Shown here piece after piece: positions 57,458 through 64,000 of a stretch of DNA of 64,000 nucleotides. How positions within the stretch are numbered: the first letter of the stretch is position 1; each line of letters starts with the position of its first letter. The position numbers and the translations under genes are program-made. Under the pieces are notes generated by a model, which worked only from the letters and a program-made list of their open reading frames with translations, searched no databases and was not told where the DNA came from. The stretch comes from an uncultured Deinococcaceae bacterium. GTDB lineage: Bacteria; Deinococcota; Deinococci; Deinococcales; Deinococcaceae. Where the stretch lies: the NCBI GenBank assembly GCA_964252075.1, contig CAXULY010000010.1:1-64000 (forward strand), read 5' to 3'.

Positions 57458-58952
57458 CTACCAGCTGCGCGCCATTGAGCGCGTGCGGGACGCGTACCGC
57501 GCGGGGCACCGCAGCGTCCTGCTCTCCATGCCGGTCGGCACTGGCAAGACCCGCACCGCCGCGGACATCGTGCGGGGCGCCGTCGCGAAAGGCACGCAGA
57601 CCCTGTGGCTCGCGCACCGCCGCGAGCTGGTGGAGCAGGCCAGCGACGTGTTCACCGAGCACGGCCTCACGCACGGCCTCGTGTGGCCCGGCGAGAAGCC
57701 CAGCGAGAACGAACTGCTTCTCGTGGGGACCGTGCAGACGTTTGGCGCGCGTCTCGGGCGCGGCACCTTCAACCCGAAGCACGTGCGCCTCATCGTGGCG
57801 GACGAAGCGCACCACGCGAGCTCCCGCACGTGGGCGGCGCTCCTCGCGGCGTACCCGAACGCCCGCGTGCTCGGCCTGAGTGCCACGCCCACCCGCACGG
57901 ACGGGCGCGGCCTCGGTCGGGTGTTTGAGCACCTCGTCACGGCCATCACGACGCGCGAGGCGATTGAGCAGGGGTACCTCGTGCGCCCCCGGTACTTCGC
58001 GCCCAGCACGCCGGACCTCAGCCGCGTGAAGACCGTCGCCGGGGATTACGACGAGGGGGAACTCGAAGCGCTCCTGAACACCCCAGAGATGGTGGGGGAC
58101 GTGGTGGAGCACTACGCTCGGCACGCCGCGGACCGCCAGGGCCTGGTGTTCGCCAGCGGCGTGCACCACAGCAAGGCCCTGAGCCTCGCGTTCATGGAGG
58201 CGGGCTTCAGCGCCGCGCACCTCGATGGGCAGACGCCCGTGGATGAGCGCCGGGACATCCTCGCGAGTTACCGGAGGGGCGAGACGCAGGTGATCTGCAA
58301 CGTCGGCGTGATGACGGAAGGCACGGACCTGCCCAGCACGGGCGCCGTGGTGCTCGTGCGGCCCACGCAGAGCCCCATCTACCACATCCAGACCATCGGG
58401 CGCGGCCTGCGCCTCGCGGACGGCAAGCGGGACGCCATCATCCTGGATCACAGCGCGAACGTCCTCTCCCTCGGCCCCGTGGAGGGCCCGGCGTACGAGC
58501 AGTGGCGCCTGGACTGGGGCACCGCGAAGGACCGCGCGCCGCTGTCCCGCCCGAAGAAGGACACGAAGCAGCTGGTGTGCGAGGCGTGCGACGCGCTGTT
58601 CAGCAGCAGCCGCGTCTGCCCGGAGTGCGGGCACGTGCATCAGTTCGAGACGATTCCTGAGGACGTGCTGATGGCGCGCGGTGACCTCCGAGAGATTGGC
58701 GTGCAGGAGGCGACGGAGGAGCAGGGCCGCCGCGAGCGGTGGTACGGCGAGCTGCTGGGCTTCGCGCTGAACAAGGGGTACAGGCCGGGGTACGCGTACA
58801 AGATGTGGCGCCTGAAGTTCCCCACGGGGAAGGCGCCGAACGTGGAGGCGCGCCCGCCGAGCCCGGAGGTGCTGGCATTCATCCGGACGGAGAACATGCG
58901 CTGGCGGTTGGAGCAGCGCGCGCAGGAGGTGCGGCATGCGACAGCGGATTGA
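57447..58952 (+). CDS. SF2 DEAH helicase with C-terminal zinc finger
   Basis: LRDYQ, GTGKT, DEAHH, SATP, QTIGRGLR and CxxC...CPECG motifs. Confidence 0.93.
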   Translation: MLRDYQLRAIERVRDAYRAGHRSVLLSMPVGTGKTRTAADIVRGAVAKGTQTLWLAHRRELVEQASDVFTEHGLTHGLVWPGEKPSENELLLVGTVQTFGARLGRGTFNPKHVRLIVADEAHHASSRTWAALLAAYPNARVLGLSATPTRTDGRGLGRVFEHLVTAITTREAIEQGYLVRPRYFAPSTPDLSRVKTVAGDYDEGELEALLNTPEMVGDVVEHYARHAADRQGLVFASGVHHSKALSLAFMEAGFSAAHLDGQTPVDERRDILASYRRGETQVICNVGVMTEGTDLPSTGAVVLVRPTQSPIYHIQTIGRGLRLADGKRDAIILDHSANVLSLGPVEGPAYEQWRLDWGTAKDRAPLSRPKKDTKQLVCEACDALFSSSRVCPECGHVHQFETIPEDVLMARGDLREIGVQEATEEQGRRERWYGELLGFALNKGYRPGYAYKMWRLKFPTGKAPNVEARPPSPEVLAFIRTENMRWRLEQRAQEVRHATAD

Positions 58953-59024
58953 GTGGGCGTGGCTCGGCGGGCGGTACGCGGACGGCGACGTGACGGTGGA
59001 AGCCATTGAGGTGCGGGCGTGAGT

Positions 59025-59453
59025 ATGGCCGTGCATTACAGCAGCGAGCGCCACGACTGGACGACACCGCGCGACTTCTTCGAGAACCTGCACCGTGAGT
59101 TCCACTTCACGCTGGACGCCGCCGCGAGCCACGAGAACGCCCTGTGCGGGCGGTACTACACCGAAGCGGATGACGGGCTGAGCCAGCACTGGCACGGCGT
59201 CGTGTGGGTGAACCCCCCGTACGGGCGGCAGATCGGCAAGTGGATCCGGAAGGCCGCCGAGGAGAGCCGCAAAGGCGCGACGGTCGTGATGCTCATTCCC
59301 GCCCGCACGGACACCGCCGCATGGCACGAACACATCCTGCACCGTCCGAATGTGGAAACTCGCTTCGTGCGCGGGCGCCTGAAGTTTGGCGCAGCCACCG
59401 AAAACGCACCCTTCCCGTGTGCCGTTGTGGTGTTTCGGCCGGAGCGTTCGTGA
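59025..59453 (+). CDS. Phage DNA N6-adenine methyltransferase (Dam-like)
   Basis: WTTP, FTLDAAA, WVNPPY and LIPARTDT motifs. Confidence 0.9.
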   Translation: MAVHYSSERHDWTTPRDFFENLHREFHFTLDAAASHENALCGRYYTEADDGLSQHWHGVVWVNPPYGRQIGKWIRKAAEESRKGATVVMLIPARTDTAAWHEHILHRPNVETRFVRGRLKFGAATENAPFPCAVVVFRPERS

Positions 59454-59734
59454 ACGCCGCGCACATTCAGTTCGCCGTGACGCTGGAGGACGAGCGGGAC
59501 GCCGAGGGGCAGGCGTGGTACCGCAGCACGCAGGACCGCATCGCCACCGCCGTGCGGCTGCACGATCAACGCAAGCTCATCAGCAGAAAACTCGCTCCCA
59601 GCGCAAGAAAAATGGTAAAATGCAGGAGTCTCGGCGGTGCTTCCGACACCCCGAGACGCGGAGCCGATTGGGCGGCTCGGGGCCAGTCTAGGTCCCTGGT
59701 TCTGCCACATCAACATCGGCTCATGGGAGCAACC

Positions 59735-60271
59735 ATGAAGCTGAATCGCAAACAGCAGGAAGCCGTGAAGTCCATCGAAGAGTTCTTGGCGACCGCAAGC
59801 GATGAAGTCAAACAAGAGTGGCTGACGTACATCAGGAAGCACCAGCGGGATAAGAAGGAAAGCCGCAACCTCGGTCGGCGCCTTTCCCGCAAGGCCCGCA
59901 AACCGGACAACTACTGCCACTGCTGCCGTTTCAAGCACTGGCCCATCCTGCATGTCCACCACATCAACCCCGTGTCTGAGAACGGGTTTGCCGACGAACA
60001 ACTCATGTGGACGGTCTGCCCCAACTGCCATGCCTACGTCCATGAGTTGCGACGCCTCCGCGGCACATCCAAGTACGCGGAGGTCTTTGACCTGCTGGTT
60101 CGTCTTTACGACGAGCCCACCGTCAAGAACATCGAGCAGCTTGCAAACTTCCAGTCACGACTGGAGCTGCTTGATGAGGGGCAGCGTCGTGAGTTCACCA
60201 GCCAATACACAGAGGAGCATGCCGAGACATATCGCAGGCTCCGGGAGCCTTATGACGATGACCTCGACTGA
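59735..60271 (+). CDS. HNH endonuclease (frame open back to GTG 59450)
   Basis: CHCC...LHVHHINP...VCPNCH. Confidence 0.8.
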   Translation: MKLNRKQQEAVKSIEEFLATASDEVKQEWLTYIRKHQRDKKESRNLGRRLSRKARKPDNYCHCCRFKHWPILHVHHINPVSENGFADEQLMWTVCPNCHAYVHELRRLRGTSKYAEVFDLLVRLYDEPTVKNIEQLANFQSRLELLDEGQRREFTSQYTEEHAETYRRLREPYDDDLD

Positions 60272-60818
60272 AGTTCGGCACCTCACGGCCTTGGAACAGC
60301 GCGCGGACAGCCTCGCCGCGAAGATCATGGGCCACGAGCGTGCCGGGAACCTCATTGCTGAGGAGGCGTGGGCGCTCAGCCGCGCCTTCCAAGCGGACCC
60401 CGCCTCAACTAGCGCTAGTTCATTCACCTCCTGGTTCAGCGCCCGCACGGGTGTCCCCACGGGCAGTGTGGACTGGTACGTCCGGCAGGGACAGGCCCTC
60501 AGCGCGGGCGTTACGGCCCCCACGAAGCGCGACCTGCACAGCGCGGGCGAGCTTGTGAATGCGGGCGTGCCGCCCCAGCAGGTGCAGGCCACCGTGGATG
60601 CCGGAGAGGTCCGGTACGCCGCGCAGGCTCAACGGAACGCGGGCACCGTGCAGGTGCCCGTTCCGTTTGACACGCACCGCCGCCTGCGCGCCATCACCGA
60701 AGCCGTGAAGGAGGGACTGGGCAAGTCCCTGCCGGAGACGGCGGCCCTGTGCATCGAATTCACGAGTGAGCACGCGCAGGCATTCGGGGAGTGGCTGAAG
60801 CACCGAGGCGGCGCATGA
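60258..60818 (+). CDS. Hypothetical phage protein
   Basis: Overlaps the end of the HNH gene; same strand as the operon. Confidence 0.55.
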   Translation: MTSTEVRHLTALEQRADSLAAKIMGHERAGNLIAEEAWALSRAFQADPASTSASSFTSWFSARTGVPTGSVDWYVRQGQALSAGVTAPTKRDLHSAGELVNAGVPPQQVQATVDAGEVRYAAQAQRNAGTVQVPVPFDTHRRLRAITEAVKEGLGKSLPETAALCIEFTSEHAQAFGEWLKHRGGA

Positions 60819-60857
60819 CGGCTCCCCTCGTCACCCGAACGAATGGGGAGGGCTGAC

Positions 60858-61187
60858 GTGCCGATCAAACCGGAGAACCGCGCCCGGTACCCGAAGGACT
60901 GGAAGGCCATCCGCGTCCGCATCCTCACGCGCGCCGGAAACCGCTGCGAGGGCAGCCCGCGCTACCCGGACTGCCGCGCCGAGAACGGACAGGCCCACCC
61001 GGTCACGGGCAGCCGCGTGGTGCTGACCATCGCGCACCTCGACCACACGCCGGAGCACAACGACCCGAGCAACCTCCGCGCGTGGTGCAACAGGTGCCAC
61101 CTGACGTATGACGCACAACTCCATGCGAGGAACGCCGCCGAGACGCGCCGCGCTCTCCTCGCCACCCGAACGGAAGGACACGCATGA
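60858..61187 (+). CDS. HNH-like phage protein
   Basis: YPKDWKAIR...RAGNRCE...VLTIAHLDH...NLRAWCNRCH. Confidence 0.8.
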   Translation: MPIKPENRARYPKDWKAIRVRILTRAGNRCEGSPRYPDCRAENGQAHPVTGSRVVLTIAHLDHTPEHNDPSNLRAWCNRCHLTYDAQLHARNAAETRRALLATRTEGHA

Positions 61188-61486
61188 CGACCATCGCTGA
61201 GCAAGCCAAGCGCCTCCTGACCGACCCGCGCCTGCACGCCCTCGTGGATGCCCAGACGGCGCGCGGACTGGAGAAGTACGGGCACACCCTCGATGACTAC
61301 GACGCGCCGCAGGAAGTCCGACTGGCGCACCTCACGCAAGACCTACTGGACGCCACGCAGTACGCGCTGTGGTGTGGGGAGCGGACCATCGCCGCGCTCG
61401 GCGCCCGGATGCTGGACCACCTCATGCGGGCCTTCCCCGAGTTGGACATTGAGGCGCTCTTGTACCGCGAGGCGGGGGACGTATGA
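61184..61486 (+). CDS. Hypothetical phage protein
   Basis: ATGA overlaps; RGLEKYGHTLD...QDLLDATQY. Confidence 0.6.
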   Translation: MTTIAEQAKRLLTDPRLHALVDAQTARGLEKYGHTLDDYDAPQEVRLAHLTQDLLDATQYALWCGERTIAALGARMLDHLMRAFPELDIEALLYREAGDV

Positions 61487-62136
61487 AGCAGCACTACCAG
61501 CCCACCCCTCAGTACGTGTGGGAGATCGCGCAGGAACTCGGTATCACCTCCCAGGCGGTCGCGCACACCGCCTCCACCCTCGGACTGAAGATGACCAAGT
61601 ACGACAGACGCCTGCGCCTATCCGAACTGGACGCCGCGTACCTCATGGCGACCATCATGGACCGCACCGTCACCAGTGACCTCTCCCACTGGATGACGGC
61701 GGACGAAGCGGTCCGCGCGCTCGGCATCACCTACAAGGCGTTCCAACTGCGGCGGTACGCGGGCACCCTGAACATTGAGGCGCGTCGCCCACGTGGGCAG
61801 CGGCACAACGCGAAGCGCTACAACCCCGAGGACGTGCGCCGCGAGGCCGCGCGCATGCCCATCGCGCCCCGCGGGCGCGTGCGGGGCAGCATGACGACCG
61901 CTGAACTCGTGCAGCTTGCGGGCATCTCGACCGCGACGCTGTACGGATGGCGTGACCTGGGGGCGCCCGTGATCCGCACGACGGGCGTGCAGTCCTACTG
62001 GCCGCTGGAGCGCCTCGCGGCGTGGCTGGACGCGAACCCTGCCCTCTGCTATAACCCACGGCTCGGTCGCGTGCGCCAGCAGGTCGCCGCCCGCGTGCGC
62101 GCGCACCTCGCCCAGCAGTCGAAAGGCGCCGCATGA
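61483..62136 (+). CDS. Multi-HTH DNA-binding phage protein
   Basis: Three HTH-like segments (EIAQELGIT, EAVRALGIT, ELVQLAGIS). Confidence 0.65.
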   Translation: MKQHYQPTPQYVWEIAQELGITSQAVAHTASTLGLKMTKYDRRLRLSELDAAYLMATIMDRTVTSDLSHWMTADEAVRALGITYKAFQLRRYAGTLNIEARRPRGQRHNAKRYNPEDVRREAARMPIAPRGRVRGSMTTAELVQLAGISTATLYGWRDLGAPVIRTTGVQSYWPLERLAAWLDANPALCYNPRLGRVRQQVAARVRAHLAQQSKGAA

Positions 62137-62678
62137 CGCACGCCGAGCTGCTGGAGCAGGTGGAAACGATGCTGAAGGATGTCACGCCCGGTCCGTGGCG
62201 GGTGGGTAGCCCTTACTTCCGCTGCACGTTGAACCACGCGCACGGGCGTGGGGATTGCGAGTATCTGCAGCAGGACGAGTGGTTGGGTGAAACGCCCTCT
62301 GACTCGTACAGCTCAGCCTTCAGCGTCTACCAAGACCGCCCATACACGCATTCCGAGCACCAATCTGACCGGAATGCGGGGCTGGTGGTGGGCATGACTG
62401 ATTGGGAGGAGGGTGGAGTCCGGACTTTCGCGGACGCCCGACTCATCGCCACCGCACCTGACCTCATCCGCGCCCTCGCCGCCGCGCTGCGGGACGTGAC
62501 CGCGCAGCGGGCGGCGCTGGAGGCCCGACTCGACCTCGCGCACGCCACGCTGACCGACTTCGCCACGAACTACGACCACGACGAAGACGCGCACCGCTAC
62601 GGCAACACGGGCGCGTGCCAGGTGTGCACCGCAGAGAAAGCCCTCGCCGCCCTCAAGGGGGAACCCCATGCCGACTGA
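62133..62678 (+). CDS. Hypothetical phage protein
   Basis: TPGPW...DARLIATAPDL pattern typical of small phage proteins. Confidence 0.65.
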   Translation: MTHAELLEQVETMLKDVTPGPWRVGSPYFRCTLNHAHGRGDCEYLQQDEWLGETPSDSYSSAFSVYQDRPYTHSEHQSDRNAGLVVGMTDWEEGGVRTFADARLIATAPDLIRALAAALRDVTAQRAALEARLDLAHATLTDFATNYDHDEDAHRYGNTGACQVCTAEKALAALKGEPHAD

Positions 62679-63009
62679 TGCGGACTTTCTGGATGCAATC
62701 AAGACGGAGGCGTGGGGGCGCGACCTGCCCACCGTGCGCCTCGCGCGCCTCATCGCCGGGGATGAAGCGGCGCTCGTTGAGCCCTGCACGCCGTGCGGCA
62801 CGAGCGGAGATGTACAAGTGGACGCAGAGCGCGCCGCCCTGCTGGATGCCCGCGAGCGCGTGAAGGCGTTGGAGGCACGAGCCAAGCACCTTGAGCATCG
62901 ACTCGGCTGTATTGACGCGGCCTGGGGTCATGGAGCAGGCGAACTGAGAAGAATGGCCCGCGCCGCCCTCTCGCCCAGCGGGGCCTCTGAAACAGAGGGG
63001 GAGGGGTGA
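62668..63009 (+). CDS. Hypothetical phage protein
   Basis: Overlaps both neighbours. Confidence 0.5.
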   Translation: MPTDADFLDAIKTEAWGRDLPTVRLARLIAGDEAALVEPCTPCGTSGDVQVDAERAALLDARERVKALEARAKHLEHRLGCIDAAWGHGAGELRRMARAALSPSGASETEGEG

Positions 63010-63365
63010 TTCAACTCTTCTTGGTTCTGGTGCTCGGCATGATCGCGGGCTGGCTGCTCTGCTGGGCGTACCTGCCCTGGAAGGCTACCCCAGTGGTCAA
63101 GCGCATCCGGGATGAAGCCATGGCCGCCGAGGAACGCACGAAGCAGGAGCGCAAGGCGTGGCGTGCCGAGCGTCAGGCGAGCGAGCCGGAGCTGTGGGAG
63201 GTCAAGATGCGCCTTCAAAGTGCCGAAGAGCGCGTGGCGGAGTTGCAGGAGACGCTGAGTGACGAGAGCTGGCAGCGCGCCCGCTACCACCTGGAGCAGG
63301 CTGCGGCGCACATGAGCGACGTGGGCACCGCTCGCCTCATCAGCCGGGATCGGGGGGAGAAGTGA
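63006..63365 (+). CDS. N-terminal TM plus coiled-coil phage protein
   Basis: GTGA overlaps; strong SD. Confidence 0.6.
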   Translation: MIQLFLVLVLGMIAGWLLCWAYLPWKATPVVKRIRDEAMAAEERTKQERKAWRAERQASEPELWEVKMRLQSAEERVAELQETLSDESWQRARYHLEQAAAHMSDVGTARLISRDRGEK

Positions 63366-63808
63366 GCCGCACCCTCTCCCCTGCCGCCGTCCTCGCCTAC
63401 GCCCGGCGCCGCAACCTCACGCACATCGCGGAGGAGGCGCGCGCCGCGCGGCAGGCCACGCGCTCCGGGCTCGCCGCCGAAGCGACCCTCGCCGCGCAAC
63501 TGAGGCAGGCGGGCCTGGAGGTGGTTCAGCAATTCGCGTGGGGGCAACTCCTCACGCCGCCCACCCAGCACCGCGCGGACCTGTACCTGCCCGCCCACAC
63601 CTTCATCGTGGAGGTGGTGGGTGGCGCGCACAGGGCGAGCGTGGACCGCCTGAACAAAGACAGCCACCGGGACAACCTGCTCGATGACCTGCGCGTGATT
63701 CTGCCCGGCCTGCGCGTCAAGAAGTACCCGCCCGCGCAGGCGCGCGACGGCTCCGCCCTCGCCAGCATCCTCACGCACCTGCAGACACAGGAGGCAAGAC
63801 ATGCCTGA
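63362..63808 (+). CDS. PD-(D/E)xK (DUF559/Vsr-like) nuclease-fold protein
   Basis: EATL...RADLYL...IVEVVGGAH...D..RD pattern. Confidence 0.6.
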   Translation: MSRTLSPAAVLAYARRRNLTHIAEEARAARQATRSGLAAEATLAAQLRQAGLEVVQQFAWGQLLTPPTQHRADLYLPAHTFIVEVVGGAHRASVDRLNKDSHRDNLLDDLRVILPGLRVKKYPPAQARDGSALASILTHLQTQEARHA

Positions 63809-64000
63809 GCTGACCGAGTACGAAAACCTCGCGCTCCGCAATCTGGACCTGGAGGGGCAAGTGGTGAACATGCGGCACGCCTTCAAACAGCACGAGTACC
63901 GTGCCGCCCTCAAGGACCTGTACGCCGATGAAATCGCGGACCTGTACACGAAGTTGCGGGACGAGCCGCGCTGGTGGCCCATCCGCCTGCGGTGGCGGTG
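63801..64000 (+). CDS. Hypothetical phage protein, truncated by the window end
   Basis: SD GGAGG and ATG 63801; open to the window end. Confidence 0.5.
   Translation, partial: MPELTEYENLALRNLDLEGQVVNMRHAFKQHEYRAALKDLYADEIADLYTKLRDEPRWWPIRLRWR

Larger units (their letters stand above)
48278..64000. mobile_element. Prophage left arm (continues beyond the window)
   Basis: Integrase, CI/Cro, antirepressor, annealase, primase, helicase, MTase and HNH gene order with overlapping start/stop codons; left boundary approximate. Confidence 0.92.

Overview
High-GC bacterial chromosome segment, most consistent with Deinococcus. The evidence is an Rsr/Ro60 gene with Y RNAs, mglA/mglB, and many leaderless genes with TANNNT 5-8 nt upstream of the start codon; the taxonomy is inferred, not searched. 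Bases 1-47.7 kb are mostly housekeeping and metabolic genes: an RND efflux operon, dprA, a GH127 gene next to a ROK/ABC sugar cluster, gndA, psuK/psuG, terC with a yybP-ykoY riboswitch, lplA and mnmE. The standout is a minus-strand, largely non-coding operon at about 28.7-31.95 kb. It runs promoter, 41-aa leader ORF, hairpin, then 12 structured RNAs, then the Ro60/TROVE gene rsr. The 12 RNAs are 5 atypical tRNAs, 4 Y RNAs, and 3 tRNA-Y RNA chimeras in which a reversed-order Ro-binding helix replaces the anticodon arm. Two copies of a ~66-bp promoter-plus-terminator cassette would each make a ~28-nt RNA. From about 48.3 kb to the window end lies the left arm of a prophage inserted into an S66 peptidase gene. 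It carries a serine integrase, CI/Cro, Rha, a RecT-like annealase, an NrS-1-like prim-pol, an SF2 helicase, a Dam-like MTase and HNH proteins. All calls are from reading motifs by eye; no database searches or folding programs were run.
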